This document shows positions 41,086 through 47,939 of a DNA stretch of 64,000 nucleotides, one piece after another. Source of the DNA: a virus; IMG/VR virus record IMGVR_UViG_3300042473_001368; one strand, written 5' to 3'. The first letter of the stretch is position 1; each line of letters begins with the position of its first letter. The notes below the pieces were generated by a model. That model made no database searches. It saw only the letters and a program-made list of their open reading frames with translations, and was not told where the DNA came from. A program made the position numbers and the translations under genes.

Positions 41086-41637
41086 ATGAAAAAAGAAAGT
41101 TCATTTAAGGCTCAATGGAAAGCCGAGACAGACTTTATCAATGGTCTTGTCAAAAAATATCCAAATGTAAAATGGAGCCATGGCTCTCCTGAGATTAGCG
41201 ATTGCCCTACGGGCTGGCGACCAATTGTTGAAGACTTGTTTGCTGAGCTCGATACTCTTTCAAGAAATGGTATTGGCTATTACGAGTCTGGTTTGGTCAA
41301 GCGCATTATTGATGAGTGCAATCGTTTTCTCGATAAACTGCACATGCCTCGCAAATTAAGATTTAAAAGAAGATTTGCAAAACATCGTGTCGAAAAACCA
41401 GATATCAAAATTGAACAGCTTAAAGAAAAATTTGCTGAACTGCGAGTCTATTATAGTTATAATGATCAAAGAGCACATGATCGCGTACAAGGTATGATTG
41501 ATCTTGCAGAAAGAATTTGTAGCCACACGTGTCAGGTTAGCGGAGCAGATGGCAAGCTAAGAACTGATGGTTGGTGGGTTGTGCTAAGCGATAAAGAATA
41601 TTTAAAACTTAAAAAGAGAAAATATGGAAAAACGTAA
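41086..41637 (+). CDS. Conserved phage hypothetical protein
   Basis: PTGWRPIV...QLKEKFAELRVYY...TCQVSG; start moved to MKKESS. Confidence 0.65.
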   Translation: MKKESSFKAQWKAETDFINGLVKKYPNVKWSHGSPEISDCPTGWRPIVEDLFAELDTLSRNGIGYYESGLVKRIIDECNRFLDKLHMPRKLRFKRRFAKHRVEKPDIKIEQLKEKFAELRVYYSYNDQRAHDRVQGMIDLAERICSHTCQVSGADGKLRTDGWWVVLSDKEYLKLKKRKYGKT

Positions 41638-42145
41638 ACAATATGCAATTGGTCAACATGATCTTTGCTGCGAGCATCTAGGAATCGGCAATAGTCACGA
41701 AGATCGATGTGATACTCTTTTTGAGGCAGTGCTTGCTTTGCAAGACGATCTTACAAAGTTTAAAGAACGAGCTGCTGGTCTCGAGACTCTCGCTGGTGAA
41801 TTGATCACGATGTTTCGTGTTAATGTACAGCGTGGCAATATTAACTTAAAGGATGCTGAGCTTGATACTCATTTGACACCATGGATTCAACGATTGCAAA
41901 AGTTAAAACAGATTAAGACACTTGGAAATATGCCAAAAGCATGGTTTGAAGCTAGCGCTAAAATTGAAGCAGATAGCATTATTGTAGGTAATCGATCTGA
42001 GCCAACTCATCCTTACCCGCAGAAATATAGTGTTTGTGATGGGTGCAATAAACGAGTAGAAGTAACTTTTGGTGGATCACATAGCGATTGTAGTTATGTA
42101 TATGGCCGCAGAGGCTGGCGTCAACTTGGCTCGTATGATGGCTAA
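41624..42145 (+). CDS. Hypothetical protein
   Basis: 173-aa ORF in co-directional run. Confidence 0.55.
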   Translation: MEKRKQYAIGQHDLCCEHLGIGNSHEDRCDTLFEAVLALQDDLTKFKERAAGLETLAGELITMFRVNVQRGNINLKDAELDTHLTPWIQRLQKLKQIKTLGNMPKAWFEASAKIEADSIIVGNRSEPTHPYPQKYSVCDGCNKRVEVTFGGSHSDCSYVYGRRGWRQLGSYDG

Positions 42146-42165
42146 ACAAAAAAATAAGAAATAAT

Positions 42166-42360
42166 ATGGAAAATAATAGTAATAATGGGTGGTTTGCATT
42201 AGCACTAACCTTGGTGTTTATTGTGCTTAAATTAACCCAGCAGATTGATTGGTCTTGGTGGTGGGTATTGTCTCCGCTCTGGCTGCCTCTTGCGTTGGTA
42301 CTTTGCTTGGCAGCTATAGTCGTGATATTTATGGCACTATTTGGAGGTTTTATGAGATGA
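42166..42360 (+). CDS. Small membrane protein
   Basis: Two hydrophobic helices; IDWSWWWVLSPLWLP motif common in phages. Confidence 0.7.
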   Translation: MENNSNNGWFALALTLVFIVLKLTQQIDWSWWWVLSPLWLPLALVLCLAAIVVIFMALFGGFMR

Positions 42361-42710
42361 GCGAAAAACGATTAGACGGCAAAGCAGAGCTTGAAAGAGC
42401 TCTGAAGCTACACCAAGCCAGCGCAGATAATTATCATGTTGGTAATATGTACCCTTTGAAGGATGGTGAAGAGATTGACTTGTCACAGTTAACTATTAGT
42501 TCAAAAAGCATGAGCAAACCTTTAATCAATTGTTATGATGGTTTAAGTGAAGAGTATTTAAATAGCTTGAGTAAAGACGATCTGGTAAATATTTTGCTAA
42601 TTATCACCACCGTTAATCCAGTTAATAGTGGTGAATATTATCCCACTGATTGCTATCTTCCAGATACGCTAGCAGACATAATCAGAAAAAGACATGTACG
42701 GACGACTTAA
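42357..42710 (+). CDS. Hypothetical protein
   Basis: Start moved to MSEKRL (ATGA overlap). Confidence 0.5.
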   Translation: MSEKRLDGKAELERALKLHQASADNYHVGNMYPLKDGEEIDLSQLTISSKSMSKPLINCYDGLSEEYLNSLSKDDLVNILLIITTVNPVNSGEYYPTDCYLPDTLADIIRKRHVRTT

Positions 42711-42897
42711 CAGAAACCAGTCTACACAAATGATTGAGGAAAATGCTAATTGCGCATGTAGGGAATGTAATCCAAATGCATGGTGGATGGTTGTATGCTG
42801 CATTTGCGGCAATAAACGCTGTCCTCATGCTACAAATCATGAAAATGAGTGCACCAACAGCAACGAAACAGGTCAAGCAGGATCAGTTTATAAATAA
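42694..42897 (+). CDS. Small Cys-rich hypothetical protein
   Basis: CACRECN...CCICGNKRCPHA. Confidence 0.55.
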   Translation: MYGRLNRNQSTQMIEENANCACRECNPNAWWMVVCCICGNKRCPHATNHENECTNSNETGQAGSVYK

Positions 42898-42913
42898 GGA
42901 ACGCTGATATAAT
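42896..42913 (+). promoter_or_regulatory. GAAC-N5-TATAAT promoter
   Basis: AAGGAAC GCTGA TATAAT. Confidence 0.7.
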
Positions 42914-42921
42914 TATCTTAT

Positions 42922-43602
42922 ATGGAACTTACAACAGATTTACTAGTCGTAATGGGCGATACTCATGGAGAATGGGGATCTGCTCTTGATGCTATACAAA
43001 GGAATCATATTCGTGATGCAATTATTCTGCACGCTGGAGATGTAGGCATTGGCTTCCTACCTAAAGATGTGCAGGAAGAAATACTTGAGTCTCTTAATGC
43101 AGAGCTCGCAGAAAGAAATGTGCGAATGTTTTGCATTAGAGGCAATCACGATGACCCGCAATACTTTACTGGTGACTATGCATATTCGAATATTGCACTG
43201 ATACCAGACTATACGCGCATGCGAATCAATGGCGAAGAGTTTTTGTTTGTAGGTGGTGCAATTAGTATTGATCGCATCAAGCGTACTACTTATAAGTCTT
43301 GGTGGCCTGATGAAGTACTGGTATATGATGCAGAGCGTGTTACGCCATGTGATGTTCTAGTTACTCATACTGCTCCAAGCTGGGTTGGTCCGAATGATAA
43401 AACTGGTATTGCTTATTACACTGAGAATGACGCCACTCTTTGGGCTGAATGCGTCTCTGAGAGAATTCTCATGAATAAATTAGTTGAAGCATGCGGTGCA
43501 AAGCGTCACTATTGCGGCCACTTTCATATGAGTGCAACTGCAGAAAACAATGGTTGTCGTAGCACAATCCTTAATATCAATGAACTATTAGAACATCGCT
43601 AA
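42922..43602 (+). CDS. Calcineurin-like metallophosphoesterase
   Basis: GDTHG, GDVG, RGNHD, THTAP, GHFH. Confidence 0.9.
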   Translation: MELTTDLLVVMGDTHGEWGSALDAIQRNHIRDAIILHAGDVGIGFLPKDVQEEILESLNAELAERNVRMFCIRGNHDDPQYFTGDYAYSNIALIPDYTRMRINGEEFLFVGGAISIDRIKRTTYKSWWPDEVLVYDAERVTPCDVLVTHTAPSWVGPNDKTGIAYYTENDATLWAECVSERILMNKLVEACGAKRHYCGHFHMSATAENNGCRSTILNINELLEHR

Positions 43603-43621
43603 GATTATAAATGAAGCTATT

Positions 43622-44044
43622 ATGAGTGAGATAAATAATTTTAATAACTATATACGACTTTATAAGAAAAATATTGCAGAAATTCTTGAAAAGAAGGTTA
43701 AGCCTCTCTTTGAACTTATCGCAATCCTTGAGAAACAAAGGGATGAAATTATTTTAGATTCTCAGTTTACATGGAATGAAAAGACATTTAAAGTTTCAGA
43801 TATGCAATGGTATAACGACTGGATGTATGATGACTGTCCTTATACTCCAGGCTATAAGAGTTTTACAGAGACATTAAAATTGTTGTCTGTTGATAATAAA
43901 AGTGAATTTTTAACACTGCCTGCTAATGAGCATGGATGGTATGATAATTATCACCAACAATTCAAAGACTTCGAGAACTTTTTCATTGATAAATTTGGTG
44001 TTTCATTTAAAATGATACTAAAGAAAGGTGAAGTGAAACAATAA
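43622..44044 (+). CDS. Hypothetical protein
   Basis: 140-aa ORF. Confidence 0.55.
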   Translation: MSEINNFNNYIRLYKKNIAEILEKKVKPLFELIAILEKQRDEIILDSQFTWNEKTFKVSDMQWYNDWMYDDCPYTPGYKSFTETLKLLSVDNKSEFLTLPANEHGWYDNYHQQFKDFENFFIDKFGVSFKMILKKGEVKQ

Positions 44045-44045
44045 T

Positions 44046-44282
44046 ATGTCAAAAAAAATACTAGCTACCTCAAAAACGTGCGGACCGTGTCATGTGCTTA
44101 AAGCGCAGTTAAATCGACTGTCTATTGAGATCGAAACCAAAGATCTTACTAATTCAGCAGATTTTCAATGGTTTAGAAAGCACTCTATTAGACATGTACC
44201 GTGTCTCGTTGTAGAGGATGATAATGGTGATATTGAGATTGTTCAAGGAACAGAAGAAATTATTCAGAGACTCAAAGCTTAG
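44046..44282 (+). CDS. Glutaredoxin/thioredoxin-like protein
   Basis: TCGPC active site; VPCL cis-Pro motif. Confidence 0.8.
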   Translation: MSKKILATSKTCGPCHVLKAQLNRLSIEIETKDLTNSADFQWFRKHSIRHVPCLVVEDDNGDIEIVQGTEEIIQRLKA

Positions 44283-44301
44283 GGCTTGAGTCTCTGTTTT
44301 T
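44266..44301 (+). terminator. Intrinsic terminator
   Basis: AGAGACTCAA/TTGAGTCTCT stem plus T-tract. Confidence 0.7.
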
Positions 44302-44341
44302 TGTGAGAAATCTAATTGTTTTTCATAAATAATAATTAGAT

Positions 44342-44530
44342 ATGTTTAATGACCATCTCAGTAAAATTTACGCACTCGGAACAACAGGTCCATTCGCAGG
44401 AATTGCGTTAAGCCACGGACTTATTAACGAGTGGCTTCAAACAGTTTCACTGTCTATGGGTATTTTAACAGGTATAATCGCTGTTTGCACTTTTATTGCA
44501 AAAAATAGTAGAAAAAGCGACAAGAAGTAA
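44342..44530 (+). CDS. Small late membrane protein, possible holin
   Basis: ATAAATA at 44325-44331; two hydrophobic segments and basic C-terminus. Confidence 0.4.
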   Translation: MFNDHLSKIYALGTTGPFAGIALSHGLINEWLQTVSLSMGILTGIIAVCTFIAKNSRKSDKK

Positions 44531-44663
44531 TAAATAATTTTCGTGATACGATATTCAAAAAGCTGGACAAGACAGTCAGCGGAGCTCTTCGGAGGTTCGC
44601 CGATGAATTGCATTGTGTTAGTTTTTTGAGATCCGTATAACATAAGCGCAAAAAGCACCAAGG

Positions 44664-44695
44664 AAGCGGATCTCTTAACTGAGATCCGCTTTTTT
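44664..44695 (+). terminator. Intrinsic terminator ahead of tRNA cluster
   Basis: AAGCGGATCTC-TTAACT-GAGATCCGCTT plus T-tract. Confidence 0.85.
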
Positions 44696-44713
44696 AATGA
44701 ACTTCATTATAAT
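44696..44713 (+). promoter_or_regulatory. GAAC-N5-TATAAT promoter
   Basis: AATGAAC TTCAT TATAAT. Confidence 0.7.
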
Positions 44714-44714
44714 G

Positions 44715-44802
44715 GTGTTGTAATAGAGAAACAAGATAAAGGTTCAAGACGAGGGAGCACCTGAAGCGCCCAAGCGTGCACGATTAGGTGTCACTACAAC
44801 AT
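44715..44802 (+). ncRNA. Putative structured ncRNA
   Basis: Follows promoter 44696-44713; TGTTGTA/TACAACA closing stem, GCACCTGA/TTAGGTGT inner stem; no ORF. Confidence 0.45.
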
Positions 44803-44863
44803 AGCGTTTGTAGGTAGTGTATATTGTTTTAAAAATTTCTCAAAAATATAAGTTGTTTTTGTT

Positions 44864-44881
44864 AACGAACTAGGATATAAT
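44864..44881 (+). promoter_or_regulatory. GAAC-N5-TATAAT promoter heading the tRNA cluster
   Basis: AACGAAC TAGGA TATAAT; TTGTTT 17 nt upstream of -10. Confidence 0.75.
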
Positions 44882-44887
44882 GATGAT

Positions 44888-45033
44888 GTCAGCGATGATC
44901 TAAATGATCGACGATGTCAAGGCCAGTACAAAGGTATTGGTTATCCGAATAGGATATTTTCTATTGTTCTTTGACAAGCAAAACACTTAACAGTCAGGGT
45001 TTCGGTCGCCTGACTTTAAAGAAAAGACCGAAC
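44888..45033 (+). ncRNA. Putative structured ncRNA ending in an H-type pseudoknot
   Basis: Follows promoter 44864-44881; three-way junction then AGTCAGG/CCTGACT stem whose loop pairs with GACCGAA. Confidence 0.6.
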
Positions 45034-45043
45034 ATTTTCAAAT

Positions 45044-45118
45044 GGACCGTTCGTCCAACGGATAGGACTAAGGCCTTCTAAGCCTCCAATCTAGGTTCGA
45101 ATCCTAGACGGTCTACCA
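45044..45118 (+). tRNA. tRNA-Arg(UCU)
   Basis: Cloverleaf, loop CTTCTAA, encoded CCA. Confidence 0.92.
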
Positions 45119-45120
45119 AT

Positions 45121-45192
45121 GCTGCTATCGTCTATCGGTTAGGACAAATGGTTTTCAACCATTAGAGCGGGGTTCAACTCCCCGTGGCAGCT
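45121..45192 (+). tRNA. tRNA-Glu(UUC), CCA not encoded
   Basis: Cloverleaf, loop TTTTCAA. Confidence 0.88.
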
Positions 45193-45234
45193 CTCTTTTT
45201 TCAGGTTAAGACATGAACTAGTATAAATACTAGT

Positions 45235-45837
45235 ATGTATTATACGGTTTATAAGATAACAAACTTAATTAACGGTAAAATATATGTTGGTGTTCATAGA
45301 ACATCCAACTTGAATGATTCGTATATGGGATCTGGTATGCTTATTAAGCAAGCGATTACCAAACACGGAGTTGAAAACTTTGAGCGTGAATACTTAGCGG
45401 TCTTCGATAACCCTGAAGATATGTATGACATGGAGTCGAAAATAGTAAATGAAGAATTTATTAACTCTCCATCTTCTTACAACCTTGCTACAGGCGGCTA
45501 CGGAGGCTGTCCTATATCTGGATCAAAAGGAGGCAAAAATTGTGCTGCAAAGTATAAGACGGACCCTGCTCTTGCAGAGGAACGATATTTTAGAAATAAG
45601 CTTCGTTTTGAAGAGTTAAAAAAGCAGGGAAAATGTTTAGGTGGTCCAAAATTTAAAGGGATGAAACACACCGAAGAGACAAAAGCAAAGATCGGGGCTA
45701 GTATTTCTAAAAAATGTCGTGGAGAAAACAACTCTCAGTTCGGGACAATGTGGATAACAGATAAGGTTACAAATAAAAAGATTTCAAAATTCGAACCTAT
45801 CCCAGAAGGCTGGGAAAAAGGTCGTATAATAAAGTAA
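45235..45837 (+). mobile_element. Free-standing GIY-YIG (Seg-like) homing endonuclease in the tRNA cluster
   Basis: YTVYKITNLINGKIYVGVH...YMGSG; NUMOD3-like KHTEETKAKIG; TATAAATA 45222-45229. Confidence 0.9.
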
Positions 45838-45854
45838 AAGTATGTTCTTAATAT

Positions 45855-45931
45855 CCTATTGTAGCTCAGTTGGTCAGAGCACTCGGTTGATAACCGATAG
45901 GTCGCAGGTTCAAATCCTGCCAGTAGGACCA
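45855..45931 (+). tRNA. tRNA-Ile(GAU)
   Basis: Cloverleaf, loop TTGATAA, CCA. Confidence 0.92.
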
Positions 45932-45943
45932 AATTTTTCAAAG

Positions 45944-46032
45944 GTACGTGAGGCTACTGTTGGTTGTGTGGCGGCAGACTGTAACCCTGCTCATCAGAAA
46001 CATCGTTGGTTCGATTCCAACCGCGTACACCA
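45944..46032 (+). tRNA. tRNA-Tyr(GUA)
   Basis: Loop CTGTAAC, long variable region, CCA. Confidence 0.88.
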
Positions 46033-46040
46033 TTTTTATT

Positions 46041-46115
46041 CCGAGGTTAGCATATGTAGTAATGTCCTGCCTTGTGACGGCAGCGAACATGGTGCAAGTC
46101 CATGACCGCGGACCA
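46041..46115 (+). tRNA. tRNA-His(GUG), atypical (no G-1, A73, T-loop TGCAAGT)
   Basis: CTGCC-TTGTGAC-GGCAG anticodon arm, CCA. Confidence 0.8.
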
Positions 46116-46117
46116 TT

Positions 46118-46214
46118 TTTGAGCAGCGAGAACTCGGACTAAGTAAAAGGAGGTTCAACTCCTCCATTCTCTGGCTAGTCACTATCAGGATGACAACCTG
46201 ACTGCTCAAATCCA
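46118..46214 (+). ncRNA. Rearranged tRNA-like RNA
   Basis: TTTGAGCAG/CTGCTCAAA closing stem + T + CCA; internal GGAGG-TTCAACT-CCTCC hairpin. Confidence 0.55.
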
Positions 46215-46228
46215 CTTTTTTTTAAAAA

Positions 46229-46303
46229 GCACCGTTAGTGTAATGGATAACACGCAAGATTACGACTCTTGTAATAAAGGTTCGAGTCCTTTATGGTGCA
46301 CCA
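46229..46303 (+). tRNA. tRNA-Arg(ACG)
   Basis: Cloverleaf, loop TTACGAC, CCA. Confidence 0.92.
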
Positions 46304-46312
46304 ATTTAATAT

Positions 46313-46387
46313 CGGTATGAAGCTTTAATGGTGAAGCGGTTGTCTGAAGAACAACATAAGACGATTCAAGCGCGTCCATGCCGGCCA
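46313..46387 (+). tRNA. tRNA-Phe(GAA), G73
   Basis: GTTGT-CTGAAGA-ACAAC, CCA; imperfect T-stem. Confidence 0.8.
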
Positions 46388-46396
46388 ATTTTCAAT

Positions 46397-46470
46397 CGCG
46401 GGGTAGAGTAGAGGTAACTCAACGGTCTCATAAGCCGTGTACGTGGGTTCGAATCCCACCCCTGCAACCA
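46397..46470 (+). tRNA. tRNA-fMet(CAU), initiator-like
   Basis: C1xA72 mismatch, loop CTCATAA, CCA. Confidence 0.85.
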
Positions 46471-46477
46471 ATTTTAT

Positions 46478-46552
46478 GGAGCATTAGTATATCGGTTAGT
46501 ACGAAGGATTGTCGATCCTTTGGGACGGGTTCGACTCCCGTATGCTCCGCCA
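46478..46552 (+). tRNA. tRNA-Asp(GUC)
   Basis: Cloverleaf, loop TTGTCGA, G73, CCA. Confidence 0.93.
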
Positions 46553-46564
46553 AATAACATTTAA

Positions 46565-46640
46565 CGGGCCTGAAGTGTAACCTGGTTGCACGCTTCGTTT
46601 GGGGCGAAGAAGAGGCGTTCGAATCGCACAGGCCCGACCA
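46565..46640 (+). tRNA. tRNA-Pro(UGG)
   Basis: C1-G72, loop TTTGGGG, weak T-stem, CCA. Confidence 0.85.
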
Positions 46641-46653
46641 ATTTTCAAAACAT

Positions 46654-46727
46654 GCGTTGATCGTCTAATGGTAAGACCTTGGATTCCAAACCCAAAGATG
46701 TGAGTTCGATTCTTACTCAACGTGCCA
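46654..46727 (+). tRNA. tRNA-Trp(CCA)
   Basis: Loop TTCCAAA, G73, CCA. Confidence 0.9.
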
Positions 46728-46729
46728 AA

Positions 46730-46805
46730 CGAGGCGAAGCTTTGATGGCTGAAGCAATCGGTTCTTACCCGATAGAAGCCGGCTCGAGTCCGGACGCCTT
46801 GACCA
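46730..46805 (+). tRNA. tRNA-Lys(CUU)
   Basis: Loop TTCTTAC, T-loop CTCGAGT, CCA. Confidence 0.85.
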
Positions 46806-46821
46806 ATTTTCAATAAACAAC

Positions 46822-46897
46822 GGGTCTATGATGAAACTGGTTATCATATCTGACTTTTAATCAGACTTTCCGAGTTCGAATCTCGGTGGACCTACCA
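46822..46897 (+). tRNA. tRNA-Lys(UUU)
   Basis: Cloverleaf, loop CTTTTAA, CCA. Confidence 0.93.
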
Positions 46898-46905
46898 ATT
46901 TCAAT

Positions 46906-46980
46906 AGGACTTTCGTATAACGGTTATTACTCTCGGCTTTGACCCGATAGATAGATGTTCAATTCATCTAGGTCCTACCA
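46906..46980 (+). tRNA. tRNA-Gln(UUG)
   Basis: Cloverleaf, loop CTTTGAC, CCA. Confidence 0.88.
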
Positions 46981-47102
46981 ATTTGCGTCATTGACAGAGC
47001 GAGCTATTCACTCGTGATCATCATTTGAGGCTGGGAAAAGTTGCTGAGACGACGGAGAAGGAATTCTTTAGTTGCAGAACTTAGTACCTAAACATTTTTA
47101 AT

Positions 47103-47193
47103 TCCCAGCGACCCGAGCAGGCGAACGGGCGTGGCTGTTAACCACTGCACCATGAATAATGGAGGCTAGGATCGTTACCTAGGCTGGGAGCCA
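47103..47193 (+). tRNA. tRNA-Asn(GUU) with long variable arm
   Basis: GTGG-CTGTTAA-CCAC; CCAT-GAATA-ATGG extra arm; T-loop ATCGTTA; G73, CCA. Confidence 0.8.
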
Positions 47194-47202
47194 TTTTACA
47201 AA

Positions 47203-47282
47203 GGAGTCGGACTGTTGTCAGCATCCAAATCTGTGAAAAGAGGAGGTTAGGTAATAAGTGGGACGAAACCCACACGGCGCCA
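47203..47282 (+). pseudogene. Degenerate tRNA-like element
   Basis: GGAGTCG/CGGCGCC stem (6 of 7 pairs) and GTGGG-ACGAAA-CCCAC T-arm-like hairpin; no clear anticodon arm. Confidence 0.4.
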
Positions 47283-47294
47283 TTTTTTCAATCT

Positions 47295-47376
47295 TTGCAT
47301 AGCGTGTATTGGTTCTGGTAGAGCGCGCATAACTCTGAGCATGTCAGAGAGAATCTACAAAGTATACGCTATGCAA
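47295..47376 (+). ncRNA. Long-stem structured RNA
   Basis: 16-bp closing stem (11 perfect, TTGCATAGCGT/ACGCTATGCAA); inner CTCTGA/TCAGAG hairpin. Confidence 0.55.
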
Positions 47377-47384
47377 TTCTAAAT

Positions 47385-47464
47385 GTCCGCCGGCTGAGAC
47401 TACGCTGATGCACAGTTTGAGTTTAATAGCTCTTAACGATAACGCCGATAATTAGTGGACGCCA
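47385..47464 (+). ncRNA. tRNA-sized CCA-ended RNA without T-loop
   Basis: GTCCGC/GTGGAC + G + CCA. Confidence 0.45.
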
Positions 47465-47484
47465 AATTTCATAGTTGAAGTTCA

Positions 47485-47502
47485 AAGGAACTAGATTATA
47501 AT
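47485..47502 (+). promoter_or_regulatory. GAAC-N5-TATAAT promoter
   Basis: AAGGAAC TAGAT TATAAT. Confidence 0.7.
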
Positions 47503-47512
47503 AATAATGTAA

Positions 47513-47636
47513 GCAATAGTAGCGAATGGTACAGCAGCGTGTCAGTAGTCAAGATCTCATGGCGGAAACAGGCGGAATACGACAGTACGAGAAACTGGAG
47601 CGTGTTTTTATGGAGGTTCAACTCCTCTCTATTGTT
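47513..47636 (+). ncRNA. Expanded tRNA-like RNA (large insertion in place of the anticodon arm)
   Basis: GCAATAG/CTATTGT acceptor, D-like TAGCGAATGGTACAGC, T-arm GGAGG-TTCAACT-CCTCT; own promoter 47485-47502. Confidence 0.6.
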
Positions 47637-47653
47637 TAATGCAATCGGCCTCG

Positions 47654-47736
47654 TGAACAGTGGTGATGCTCTCAGCTTGGATTAAGTTCCTGTCTTCGGA
47701 TTGCTGTGGTCGTATACCTGCGCCTAAAGCTGTTCA
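47654..47736 (+). ncRNA. Putative structured RNA
   Basis: TGAACAGT/GCTGTTCA closing stem with GGTG/CGCC and CAGC/GCTG inner stems. Confidence 0.4.
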
Positions 47737-47750
47737 AACAATTTTAAAAT

Positions 47751-47843
47751 GCTCCTGTAGGTTAATGGTAAACCACCGGCCTTATACACCGTTTAGCGCT
47801 AGATGTGCGCGAAATCCGGGTTCGAATCCCGGCGGGAGTACCA
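47751..47843 (+). tRNA. tRNA with UAU anticodon (Ile AUA reader) and long variable arm
   Basis: Loop CTTATAC; GCGC-TAGATGT-GCGC extra arm; canonical T-arm; A73, CCA. Confidence 0.8.
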
Positions 47844-47853
47844 AATTTTCAAT

Positions 47854-47929
47854 ACGCTTGTAGCTCAGTGGTTAGAGCAAGCCTCTCATAAAGGTTAGGT
47901 CATGGGTTCAAGCCCCATCGGGCGTACCA
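47854..47929 (+). tRNA. tRNA(CAU), elongator Met or lysidine Ile2
   Basis: Cloverleaf, loop CTCATAA, CCA. Confidence 0.9.
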
Positions 47930-47939
47930 ATTTCTTGAA

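Noticed and set aside
44992-45033. preQ1-I riboswitch
   Set aside because: The overall H-type shape with an A-rich tail is similar, but the loop lacks the ligand-binding pattern, stem 2 is longer, and a tRNA rather than a gene follows.
47225-47275. Hammerhead ribozyme (GGACGAAAC; also TGATGAG at 51070)
   Set aside because: No CUGANGA core correctly paired with stem II and GAAA.
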